Origin: an uncultured Gemmatimonadales bacterium
GTDB lineage: Bacteria > Gemmatimonadota > Gemmatimonadetes > Gemmatimonadales > GWC2-71-9
Direction: 5' to 3'
Length of the DNA: 64,000 nt
Assembly (NCBI GenBank): GCA_963771275.1
Contig: CAVYSW010000009.1
Coordinates: forward strand, 312,289-376,288
The translations under genes were made by a program, and so were the position numbers. Under the pieces are notes generated by a model that saw only the letters and a program-made list of their open reading frames with translations, was not told where the DNA came from and did no database searches. Positions 19,114 through 30,731 of the stretch are shown here, one piece after another; the first letter of the stretch is position 1, and the number at the start of each line of letters is the position of its first letter.

Positions 19114-19878
19114 TCACGGCGAGCCGCCGTCGCCCTCCACCCGGTCGATCCGCACCACGATCACCGTGATGTTGTCGAGCCCGCCCATGCGGTTCGCCTC
19201 CGTGACCAGCGCGTCCGCCAGGGCCTGCGGCTCGGGTGACGAGTGCAACAGGCGATGCAGCTGGGGATCGTCGATCATCCCGGTGAGGCCGTCGGACGCG
19301 AGCATGAACAGGTCCCCGGGACGGAGGGATCCGATGTAGGTGTCGGGCGCCACGTCGTCGTTGGCGCCCACGCACCGCGTGATCACGTTGCTGTACGGGT
19401 GCGTGCGCGCGTCCTCGGGGGACAGATAGCCGGCATCGACCTGCTCCTGGACGTACGAGTGATCCTTCGTGAGCTGCACCAGCTCGCCGTCGCGCAGCAG
19501 GTAGGCCCGGCTGTCCCCCACCTGGCCGATGAGGTAGCGCCGGCCGCTGAGCACGAGGGTCGTGGCCGTCGTCCCCATGCCGCGCTTGTCGTGTTCCGTG
19601 AGGGTCCGCTCGAAGATGGTCGCGTTCGCCAACCGGATCGCGTGACGCATGCGCTCCGACGCCGCGACGTCGTCGAGCGCCGCCGGGTCGCCGAGCTCGT
19701 CGGCGATGATCCGTACCGCCATCTCGCTCGCCACCTCGCCGGCCGCGTGCCCACCCATGCCGTCCGCCACGATGAACACGGCGCGGTCGGGGATCATGAG
19801 GTAGTTGTCCTCGTTCCCCGACCGCACGATGCCGACGTCGGTCCGTCCCGCGCAGGTGAAGCGCACGTTGGGAGTCAA
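19114..19878 (-). CDS. PP2C-family Ser/Thr protein phosphatase
   Basis: Motifs: RSGNEDN, VADGMGGHAAGEVAS, LASDGLT, DNITVIVV. Confidence 0.9.
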   Translation of the reverse strand: MTPNVRFTCAGRTDVGIVRSGNEDNYLMIPDRAVFIVADGMGGHAAGEVASEMAVRIIADELGDPAALDDVAASERMRHAIRLANATIFERTLTEHDKRGMGTTATTLVLSGRRYLIGQVGDSRAYLLRDGELVQLTKDHSYVQEQVDAGYLSPEDARTHPYSNVITRCVGANDDVAPDTYIGSLRPGDLFMLASDGLTGMIDDPQLHRLLHSSPEPQALADALVTEANRMGGLDNITVIVVRIDRVEGDGGSP

Positions 19879-19879
19879 G

Positions 19880-21193
19880 CTACGGTTGGTCGGTTGGCAG
19901 CTTGAGGGCCTGGATGAGCTTCGTGGACCCGCCCTTGATCGGCTCGTTCAGGTCCGCCGGCTCGAAGAACGCGCGGACGTCGCCGAATCGTAGCAGCGCG
20001 CCCGGAGCAAGCGGCACCTCTCCGGCGACGCGCTCGCCGTCGGCGAACGTGCCGTTGGTGGAGTCGAGGTCCACCAGCACCCAGATGCCCTCACGACGCT
20101 GGAGCTTGGCATGCGTCGTGGACACGCTGTCGTCCGGCAACACGATGTCGTTGTAGTCCGCCCGGCCGACGTTGACCACCGGCGTCCGGATCGGGACGCG
20201 CTGGCCCTTCAGCACCCCGCTCCGGATCACGACGTGGGCGAGCGGGCCGGTCGGGCCCCTGGGGCCCGGCGGCGCGGGGGCCGGGCCACCGCCCGACGCC
20301 GCCGGCACCGATGGACCGGGCGCGGGAGCGGCCGGCGGCCGCGGGACCGGGGGCGGCGCCGGATGCCTCGGCCCCGCGGCGACTGGCGGCACCGCGGGCC
20401 CGGGTGGTGGGACGGGAGGCCTGGGCGGCGCGCCGGCCGGTCGCACCCCCCGGACGCCGAGCAGCGTGTCCGCCAGGCGACGCAGCGCGCCCTGCGACCC
20501 GCGCGGCTCGGCGGCGGGCGGCGCCGACCCGGCGGCCTGGGGGCTGGCGTCCGCGTAGAACCGGAATTCGTTGTCCCCGATCCGGATCACGTCCGCCCGT
20601 GACAGGGCGAGCTGCCCGCTCACGCGCTGCCCGTTGACGAACGTGCCGTTGGTACTGCTGTCCACGATGAGGTAGCCGCTCGGCGTGCCGACCACCTCCG
20701 CGTGGCGGCGCGACACATCCTTGTTCGTCACCACCACGTCGCACGCGGCGTCGCGGCCGATCACCACCGAGTCGGCCACGAGATACTCGCGTCCGTCGGT
20801 CAGACTGACCAGCCGTCCACCGGTGGTCGCCGTCGGGGCGCGCGCCGCCGCCCCCGGCGCGCCACCCTGGCCCGGCGTCAGGACCGGCATGTACTGCGTG
20901 CTCCCGCTGCGCCGCTCGTCGACGAACAGCAGCTCGTGTCCGCCGATCTCGATCTTGTCGCCGTGCAGCAGCGGGCTCGGCTGCGCGCCAAGCCGGACCC
21001 CGTTCACGAGGATCTCCGCGCGCGCGTCCGCGCGACGGATGGCCACCTGCCCGTCCCCTCCGACCTGGAGCACGGCGTGTCGCGGCGCGACCAACATGCC
21101 GGTCAACACGAATCGCGAGCCGGGATCGCTGCCGATCGCCGACTCGCCCGGCGCGATCGCCAGACGCTGACCCCCGATTTCCAGAAACGCCAT
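19880..21193 (-). CDS. Triple-FHA-domain protein with a Pro-rich linker
   Basis: Three FHA-like modules are present (..GRDAACDVVVTNKDVSRRHAEV..STNGTFVNG.., ..GRADYNDIVLPDDSVSTTHAKL..STNGTFADG.., and an N-terminal divergent one). A roughly 100-aa P/A-rich spacer separates them. Its stop lies 1 nt upstream of the PP2C start. Confidence 0.85.
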   Translation of the reverse strand: MAFLEIGGQRLAIAPGESAIGSDPGSRFVLTGMLVAPRHAVLQVGGDGQVAIRRADARAEILVNGVRLGAQPSPLLHGDKIEIGGHELLFVDERRSGSTQYMPVLTPGQGGAPGAAARAPTATTGGRLVSLTDGREYLVADSVVIGRDAACDVVVTNKDVSRRHAEVVGTPSGYLIVDSSTNGTFVNGQRVSGQLALSRADVIRIGDNEFRFYADASPQAAGSAPPAAEPRGSQGALRRLADTLLGVRGVRPAGAPPRPPVPPPGPAVPPVAAGPRHPAPPPVPRPPAAPAPGPSVPAASGGGPAPAPPGPRGPTGPLAHVVIRSGVLKGQRVPIRTPVVNVGRADYNDIVLPDDSVSTTHAKLQRREGIWVLVDLDSTNGTFADGERVAGEVPLAPGALLRFGDVRAFFEPADLNEPIKGGSTKLIQALKLPTDQP

Positions 21194-21267
21194 GTGCCTC
21201 GTGCCCGGTTGGCTCCGCCCTGACCGGAAAAGCTAGTGACCGCCCAAACGAGGGGCAACCGAACCGC

Positions 21268-22335
21268 CTACCCCGTGTTGAGCATCGCCTCCTTGGACTC
21301 CGCTCCCTTCAGCCAGTGCCAGAAGATCACCGATCCGAACCCGACGGTGAGGTAGCAGACGGTGAGCCGCCACAGCAGGATGTACGACGGCGTGAGCGCC
21401 CGCGGCACGTAGATCGACATCACCGCGGCCGACAGCAGCTCGGCCAGCCCCGATCCGCCGGGCGTCGGGGCGAAGTACAGCAGGAAGGTGATCAGCGTCT
21501 GGAGCAGCAGCACGTCGACGAACGGCGCGTGGATCCCCAGCATCTTCAGGACCACGAACCCGGCCAGCAGCTTGTTGGCGTGCGCCGCGCCCGACAGCAG
21601 CACGCTCGTGCCAATCGCAAGCCAGCCGCGGGGGCCGGCAAAGCGCGCCAGCGCGGCATGCGCCTGATCCACGCCCGCCTCGAGGTCTCGCAGGTGCCCC
21701 GCCCATGCCTGCCTGCCGCGCCGCTCGAGCCACCCGCCCATCCGCCGCACCAGTCGGCGTGCCAGACTCGGGAACATGATCAGCACCACGATCATCAATC
21801 CGACCGTCACGAACCCCCCCAGACTCAGCCGGAACAGATCGTACAGGTCGATCCCGCTGCCGAGGACCCCATGGCGGGCGAGGGACCGGCCCGCGCCGAA
21901 GAAGATCGCGAGCGGGCCGGCGACGGCGAAGAACACGATCGTCGCCAGGAACGTCATCAGGCTCGCCACCATCGCTTCGGGCAGCGGGGTGCCGTACCGC
22001 TTGAGCGTGTAGATCATCAGCGGCCCGCCGCCCGTCTGCGACGGCGTGAGGTAGCTGGCCCACGTGTTGAGGCCGCCGGCGAGAATGGCACCCGTGAGGG
22101 ACTGCGGGCGGTACGTGTGACGGGCGAGGACGAACAGCCGGAGCCCCCCGCCAAACCAGTCGAGCGAGGCCAGGCCCACTCCGACCAGCACCCACCCGAA
22201 GTGCACCGTCACCATCGCGGTGAGGAACCGCTCGAAGTTGTTCCCGTAGAGCAGCAGCCCCGCGAACCCGAGCAGCGAGATCGCGGCGAAGATCTCGAGC
22301 CCGCGGCGGAGCAAGCGGGGGTTGAGCAGCGCCAT
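21268..22335 (-). CDS. Flippase-like / lysylphosphatidylglycerol-synthase TM-region family (UPF0104) membrane protein
   Basis: 355 aa and polytopic. The family-typical stretch is TPSQTGGGPLMIYTLKRYG. A second conserved stretch is PTPGGSGLAELLSAAV. Confidence 0.75.
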   Translation of the reverse strand: MALLNPRLLRRGLEIFAAISLLGFAGLLLYGNNFERFLTAMVTVHFGWVLVGVGLASLDWFGGGLRLFVLARHTYRPQSLTGAILAGGLNTWASYLTPSQTGGGPLMIYTLKRYGTPLPEAMVASLMTFLATIVFFAVAGPLAIFFGAGRSLARHGVLGSGIDLYDLFRLSLGGFVTVGLMIVVLIMFPSLARRLVRRMGGWLERRGRQAWAGHLRDLEAGVDQAHAALARFAGPRGWLAIGTSVLLSGAAHANKLLAGFVVLKMLGIHAPFVDVLLLQTLITFLLYFAPTPGGSGLAELLSAAVMSIYVPRALTPSYILLWRLTVCYLTVGFGSVIFWHWLKGAESKEAMLNTG

Positions 22336-22412
22336 GAGGCGCCAACCTACGCCCGGAAGACGGTTCCGGCAACGCCTTGTTGCGCCGAGCGGGGCCCGGC
22401 TATGCTTCCCGC

Positions 22413-25267
<2,855 letters not shown>

Positions 25268-25271
<4 letters not shown>

Positions 25272-26452
25272 CGCCACTTGAGGAGACGGCGCTCGTGACC
25301 GCGATTCCGTGGCACCGCCGCTGGGCCATCGGCCGGAACCGCTACGACTTCGTCGAGCTGGCCGGCGCCTTCGGTGATCTCGGCACCTTGATCCCGTTCG
25401 TGGTCGGCTACATCGCCGTCGCCCACGTCGACCCGCTGGGCATCTTGTTCGGGTTCGGCCTGTGCCAGATCCTGGTCGGCCTCTACTACAAGACCCCGAT
25501 CCCCGTGCAGCCCATGAAAGCCATCGGCGGCGCGGCCATCGCCACCGGCGCCGCGATCAGCCCCGGCATGATCTGGGGCGCAGGCCTGTTCACCGGCCTG
25601 TTCTGGCTCCTGGCCGGTGCCACCGGGACGGTCAATCTGGCGACCCGGCTCGCCGCGAAGCCGATCGTGCTGGGCATCGTGCTCGGCCTGGGGCTGCTGT
25701 TCATGCGCGAAGGCATCGCGCTGATGCTGGTAACCCCTTGGCTCGCCGGTCTCGGGCTGATCGTCACGCTCCTGCTGCTCACCCACGGGCGCGTCCCGGC
25801 GATGTTCGCCCTGCTGGTCCTGGGCACCGTGGCCGCGTTTCTGCTCGATCCGGCCGGCATGAGACACGTCCTCGCAATGCGGCCCGCCCTCCGCCTGCCC
25901 GACTTCAGCTTCGGCCGGATGACCTGGAGCGACTTCCTGGCCGGGACGGTCGTGCTCGCCATTCCGCAGCTGCCCCTCACCATCGGCAACGCCGTGATTG
26001 CGATCCGGGTCGAGAACAACGAGCTGTTCCCCGAGCGCCCCGTGAGCGACCGCATGATGGCGGTCTCTCAGGGACTCCTGAACCTGCTCGCGGCGCCGTT
26101 CGGCGGCGTCCCGCTCTGTCACGGCGCCGGCGGCATGGCCGGCCACGTGCGGTTCGGCGCCCGCACCGGCGGCTCTTTGGTCATGCTGGGCGGCATCCTG
26201 CTGGCGCTCGCCCTTTTCTTCAGTCACGCGGTGGGGCTCCTGTTCCAGGTCTTCCCCAAGGCCGTGCTGGGCGTGATCCTGTTCTTCGCCGGGACCGAGC
26301 TGGCCATCATGGTGCGCGACATCGGCAACAAGAAGGAGGACGCGTACGTGATGCTGGTGGTCGCCGCCTTCGCGATGTGGAACATGGGCGCCGCGTTCCT
26401 GGCGGGCATCCTGCTGCACCAGGCCCTGCAGCGTCGCTGGCTCCGGATCTAG
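25268..26452 (+). CDS. Putative sulfate/molybdate transporter (MOT1 / SulP-related membrane protein)
   Basis: 394 aa and polytopic. The N-terminal stretch ELAGAFGDLGTLIPFVVGY ... PIPVQPMKAIGA is typical of the family. ATGA overlap with the uvrA stop. Confidence 0.7.
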
Positions 26453-26535
26453 CTCGGTACGAACCCCTGCGAGCCTCGCTTGCCGGGGCCGCGTGACGGG
26501 ATTACAATCGAGTCGGCGCGCCGCGCCGCGCCCAT

Positions 26536-26608
26536 TCCGGAGTAGCTCAGCTGGTAGAGCAGGCGGCTGTTAACCGCCGGGTCGGGGGTTCGAGTCCCTC
26601 CTCCGGAG
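26536..26608 (+). tRNA. tRNA-Asn (anticodon GTT)
   Basis: A manual cloverleaf fits: acceptor TCCGGAG/CTCCGGA, D arm GCTCAGCTGGTAGAGC, anticodon stem-loop GCGGC-TGTTAAC-CGCCG, T arm GGGGGTTCGAGTCCCTC, discriminator G. No CCA is encoded. Confidence 0.93.
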
Positions 26609-26616
26609 TCCTGCCC

Positions 26617-26658
26617 AGGCACCTGGTTCGCCGGCGGCGAACCAAGGTGCCTCTGTTT
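26617..26658 (+). terminator. Hairpin plus short T tract downstream of tRNA-Asn
   Basis: AGGCACCTGGTTCGCC-GGC-GGCGAACCAAGGTGCCT forms a 16-bp stem with one bulged A. It is followed by CTGTTT. Confidence 0.5.
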
Positions 26659-26669
26659 GAGAGTGAGGC

Positions 26670-28748
26670 ATGACCATTCTCGCGAAGCTCCAGCAGGCCC
26701 TGCGCACGCAGCTGGCTAAACGGACGCCGGCCGAGAATGCCTACCTCCTCCTCATCCCCACCATTGGCGTCCTGACCGGCGTCGCCGCGGTCTCGATCGC
26801 CCACCTGATGGCCCTGCTCCAGCACCGGCTGTGGGGCGGCGGGGACAGTCTGCTGGCGAGCGCCATGGCCGCTCCCTGGTGGCGGCGGCTGCTGATTCCC
26901 ACGCTCGGTGGCGCGGCGGTCGGGCTCGTGGCCTGGCTGGTGAAGCGGGAGGTGCGCGGCGGCGGGACGGCTGCCCTGGTCCACGCCCTCGCGCTGCGCG
27001 GCGGTCACATCTCGTTCCGCGAGGAACTGCCGGGGGTCTTCGCCGGCATGCTCACCGTGTCGTCCGGCGGCTCGCTCGGTCGCGAGGGCCCGATGATCGA
27101 CTTCGCGGCCGCGCTGGGGTCGCGGTTGGGCCGCCTGTTCTCGCTGAGCACGCAGCAGGTCCAGGTGTTGGTGTGTTGCGGGACGGCGGCGGCGATCTCG
27201 GCCGTCTACAACGCGCCCATCGGCGGCACGATTCTGGTGATGGAGATCCTGATCGGCCGGTTCGCCCTCGAGATCTTCGGGCCGGTGGTGATCGCCTCGG
27301 TCCTCTCGACGCTGATCTTCCGCGGCGCCATGGGCAACCTGCCCCGCTTCGTGATCCCGGCCTACGAGCTGGTCTCGCCCTGGGAGCTGCTCGGCTACCT
27401 CGCGCTCGGCGTGCTGTGCGGGGCCTTCGCCGTCTTGACGATCAAGGGCATCGCGTGGGTGGACGACGCCTTTCGCAAGCTGCGGCGTGTCGGCTGGGCA
27501 CAGCCCGCCATCGGCTTCGCGCTGCTGGGCGCCATCGGCGTCGCGTTCCCCTATGTGTACGGCAACGGCTACGAAGCGGTCAACCTGGCGCTCCACGAGC
27601 AGCTGCCGTTCACCCTGCTACTGGTTCTGCCCTTCGTGAAGCTGCTGGCCACGGCGATCACGCGCGGCAGCGGCGGGTCGGGCGGGATCTTCACGCCGAC
27701 GTTGATGTTGGGGGCGTTTCTGGGCGGCGCGTTCGGGTACGCGGTGCATAGCTGGTTCCCCGCCCATACGGCCGAGTACGGCGCGTACTCGCTGGTCGGG
27801 ATGGGCGCCGTGCTGGCCGGCGTCACGCACGCCCCGATCATGGCGATCATGATGATCTTCGAGCAGACCAACTCGTACCCGATCATTCTCCCGCTGATGC
27901 TCGTCTGCATCGTCAGCAACTTCGTGGCGCGGCGGATCAAGCGCGAGCCGCTGCATCTCGATGCCCTGCGCCGGCGCGGCGTCGTGCTGCCCACCGGCCC
28001 GGAGGCCGCCGTGATGAAATCGCTCCGGGTGGCCGACGTGATGCACGATGACGTGGAGGCGGTCGACGAGCGCGATTCGTTCAGCAAGGTGGTCGAGTAC
28101 TTCCTCTCGAGGCCGCGCAGCCTGCTCTTCGTCGTCGATGACGAGCGACGCTTTGTGGGAACCATCTCCCTCCATGCCATCAAGGACGTGTTGGCCGCGG
28201 GCGTGGGTCTCGAAGTCGTGATCGCGGCCGATCTGGCCGAGCCGTTCGAGGTGGTGACGCCGAACGAGTCGCTGGCCGACGTGATGGAGCGGTTCTGGCG
28301 CCAGCGCGCCGAGCGCCTGCCGGTGCTCCAGGACGCGGAGTCGCGCAAACTCATCGGATGGGTGTCCCAGCGCGACCTGATCGGGATCTACAGCCAGGAG
28401 ATCCTGCAGAAGGGGCAGCTGCTCGCGCGCTTCACGGTGCCCGACGCGGCGGGCGAGGAGCGCGGCACCTACGTCGAGCTGCCCACGGGCGTGGCGATCC
28501 GGACGCTCATCGTCCCCTCCGCGTTCGACGGCCGGACCATCGGCGATATCGCGGCCCGCTCCGCGTTCGGCGTGCACATCCTCCAGATCGCGCGCCACGA
28601 TCCGGTTCGCGGCATGCGCAGCACTGAGCTGCCCGGCTCGGGCTCCGTCCTCCGCGCGCACGACCGGCTCATGGTCATCGGCCCGCGCCAGGGCCTCGTG
28701 CAGCTCCAACGGGCACTCCACGCCGAAACCGAGGAGCCCCACCTGTGA
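26670..28748 (+). CDS. ClC-family voltage-gated chloride channel / H+-Cl- antiporter with a C-terminal CBS pair and a TrkA-C-like domain
   Basis: 692 aa. The selectivity motifs are GSLGREGP and GGSGGIFTP. The cytoplasmic tail has two CBS-like repeats and a final RCK-C-like segment. Confidence 0.9.
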   Translation: MTILAKLQQALRTQLAKRTPAENAYLLLIPTIGVLTGVAAVSIAHLMALLQHRLWGGGDSLLASAMAAPWWRRLLIPTLGGAAVGLVAWLVKREVRGGGTAALVHALALRGGHISFREELPGVFAGMLTVSSGGSLGREGPMIDFAAALGSRLGRLFSLSTQQVQVLVCCGTAAAISAVYNAPIGGTILVMEILIGRFALEIFGPVVIASVLSTLIFRGAMGNLPRFVIPAYELVSPWELLGYLALGVLCGAFAVLTIKGIAWVDDAFRKLRRVGWAQPAIGFALLGAIGVAFPYVYGNGYEAVNLALHEQLPFTLLLVLPFVKLLATAITRGSGGSGGIFTPTLMLGAFLGGAFGYAVHSWFPAHTAEYGAYSLVGMGAVLAGVTHAPIMAIMMIFEQTNSYPIILPLMLVCIVSNFVARRIKREPLHLDALRRRGVVLPTGPEAAVMKSLRVADVMHDDVEAVDERDSFSKVVEYFLSRPRSLLFVVDDERRFVGTISLHAIKDVLAAGVGLEVVIAADLAEPFEVVTPNESLADVMERFWRQRAERLPVLQDAESRKLIGWVSQRDLIGIYSQEILQKGQLLARFTVPDAAGEERGTYVELPTGVAIRTLIVPSAFDGRTIGDIAARSAFGVHILQIARHDPVRGMRSTELPGSGSVLRAHDRLMVIGPRQGLVQLQRALHAETEEPHL

Positions 28749-28923
28749 TATCCATGGCTGGCATCCCCGGCGGCACCAGGGGTTCCCCCGGCGCCGGGCG
28801 CCCGATACCTTATACCATCATCCAGCTCGGAATTCCCGGTCCAGCCCGGACCGCGCAGTCTTGTCGTGCCACGCGGCCGCTCGGCAGAGCCCCGCTTCGG
28901 ATCCCTCGCATAGCGCAGCCGTA

Positions 28924-29943
28924 ATGCCCGGAGGCTCTTTGTCATCCCACGAGCCGGACTTCACGCACTCCTCCCTCCCCGAGCCCCATCACGGTCGCAC
29001 CAAGACGATTCTGCGCCAGCATCCCGAAATCCGCGGGCTGATCGGCAAGAACCCCGCGACCTTCTGGCTCGCGCTCGGGATCGTAGTCCTCCAGATCGCC
29101 GTCGCCTACCTGGTGCGCGCCCAGCCCTGGTGGGTCGTGGTCGCGGTGGCGTATCTCGTGGGCGCGTTCGCCAACCACACGCTGTTCGTCGTGATTCACG
29201 AGTGCACGCACAAGCTGGTCTTTCGCCGGACGACGCCCAACATCCTCGCCGGACTCTTGGCGAACCTGCCGCTCGCGGTCCCCGCCTCCGTCTCGTTCAC
29301 CAAGTACCACCTCAAGCACCACACGTATCAGGGCGTCTACGCGCTCGACGGCGACCTGCCCAGTCTGTGGGAAGCGCGCCTCGTGGGTCGCTCGCCGTGG
29401 CGCAAGGCGCTGTGGCTCGCCCTGTTCCCCGTGGTCGAGGGGCTCCGCCCGCTGCGTCTCAAGGAGATTCCCTTTTGGGACGGCTGGTTGGTCGTCAACA
29501 CCGTCTTGCAGCTCGCGTTCGACGTGGCCGTCTTCGTGGTGCTCGGGCCCGCAGCGCTTGCGTACCTGGTGCTCTCATTGTTCTTCGGCATCGGCCTGCA
29601 TCCGGTGGGCGCACGCTGGATCCAGCGACACTTCCTCGTGGGGAGTGAGGAGCAGGAGACGTACAGCTACTATGGACCGCTGAACCGCATCGCGCTCAAC
29701 GTGGGCTACCACAACGAGCACCACGACTTCCCCTCGGTGCCGTGGAACCGCCTGCCGGACGTCCGCCGCGCCGCGCCGGAGTCGTACGAGTCGCTGAAGC
29801 ATCACATGTCCTGGACCCGCCTGTTGTTCCGCTTCCTGTTCGACCGGGAGATCACGCTCTACTCGCGCATGGTCCGCACGAATCGCGACGCGGGCGCCCC
29901 TGCGGACGCCGGCGTCGAGCGCGAGGCACCGGTCGCGAGGTAG
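28924..29943 (+). CDS. Sphingolipid delta4-desaturase (DEGS/DES1)-like fatty-acid desaturase
   Basis: ATG at 28924 (the track ORF starts at a TTG at 28861). The N-terminal Lipid_DES-like stretch is HHGRTKTILRQHPEIRGLIGKNP. The three His boxes are HECTH, HLKHH and HNEHH. Confidence 0.85.
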   Translation: MPGGSLSSHEPDFTHSSLPEPHHGRTKTILRQHPEIRGLIGKNPATFWLALGIVVLQIAVAYLVRAQPWWVVVAVAYLVGAFANHTLFVVIHECTHKLVFRRTTPNILAGLLANLPLAVPASVSFTKYHLKHHTYQGVYALDGDLPSLWEARLVGRSPWRKALWLALFPVVEGLRPLRLKEIPFWDGWLVVNTVLQLAFDVAVFVVLGPAALAYLVLSLFFGIGLHPVGARWIQRHFLVGSEEQETYSYYGPLNRIALNVGYHNEHHDFPSVPWNRLPDVRRAAPESYESLKHHMSWTRLLFRFLFDREITLYSRMVRTNRDAGAPADAGVEREAPVAR

Positions 29944-30000
29944 GGACGCGGACGCGGGCGGCTCCCTCCGGGAGCCGCCCGCAGGTCGTGGATCCGGCGG

Positions 30001-30459
30001 CTACTTCGTCCTGATCTCGACGCGCCGCGGCCTGGCCGCCTCGGCTTTGGGCAGCGCCACCGTGAGCAGGCCGTTCTCGAACCGCGCGCCGATGGCATCC
30101 GCTTTCACCGTGCGCGGCAGCGTGAAGCTCCGCTCGAAGCGGCCACAGCGCCGCTCCACCAGATGGTACTCGGCGTCGGCGTCGCCCTCGGACACCTCCT
30201 GCTTCTTCTCCCCCGCGATCGTGAGGATGTTGTTCTCGACGTTCACCTCGACATCCCCAGCGGCCAGACCGGGAAGCTCGGCAAGGACCTCGATCGTGTC
30301 GGCCGTCTCCCGCACGTCTACCACCGGGACCCACGGGCCGGCCACCGAGCCAGCCTGCGTGAAGAACCGGTCGAACACCCGGTCGACTTCCCGCCGCGTC
30401 GTGAACAGATCGCTCCACAGGGAAGGCGTCTCAGAACGCCAAAGAGTCGGGAAAGCCAT
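30001..30459 (-). CDS. Small heat-shock protein, Hsp20/alpha-crystallin family
   Basis: Internal Met MAFPTLWRS of track ORF 30001..30597, preceded by GGAGGGTGAT. The alpha-crystallin core runs VDVRETADTIEVLAELPGL...GLLTVALPK. Confidence 0.92.
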   Translation of the reverse strand: MAFPTLWRSETPSLWSDLFTTRREVDRVFDRFFTQAGSVAGPWVPVVDVRETADTIEVLAELPGLAAGDVEVNVENNILTIAGEKKQEVSEGDADAEYHLVERRCGRFERSFTLPRTVKADAIGARFENGLLTVALPKAEAARPRRVEIRTK

Positions 30460-30731
30460 ATCACCCTCCTGCTGATGCCTCAGCGTGCTGCGCTCCAGTC
30501 CGAGCGCCGTGTCCAGCCGGCCAACCCCGCGTCGGCCGTTCTGCCGCGTCACGTTGCAGAGCCCGTGCCGTTCCGGCATGCCAGAATTGCATGTCACATC
30601 TGCCTATGGGACAATCACTTGGGTCGTTTTGGCCGACCTGCTCCCTACGCTCCAGCCGGGTGGTCGGTCGCCTGCCACCGCGGTATCTTCATCACCTGAT
30701 TGGCCCCGTCCCTGCCGGCTTCGGAGGTCGC

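Noticed and set aside
21233-22372. 379-aa minus-strand ORF and 494-aa plus-strand ORF (21316..22800) overlapping the flippase-like gene
   Set aside because: Their composition is dominated by R/G/P/A/D and shows no membrane-protein features. The 355-aa frame (21268..22335) gives a coherent polytopic protein.
26453-26669. tRNA-Asn (and likewise tRNA-Lys at 44091-44163) as an integration hotspot for a genomic island
   Set aside because: No integrase gene, no direct repeat of the tRNA 3' end, and no compositional shift in the flanking genes was visible. The neighbours are ordinary chromosomal genes.
30571-30595. TGGCAT…TTGCA-like strings upstream of hsp20 and the M24 peptidase gene, as a possible sigma-54 promoter
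   Set aside because: Spacing and orientation do not fit TGGCAC-N5-TTGC on either strand. I also found no convincing sigma-32 (CTTGAA/CCCCAT) or CIRCE/ROSE element.
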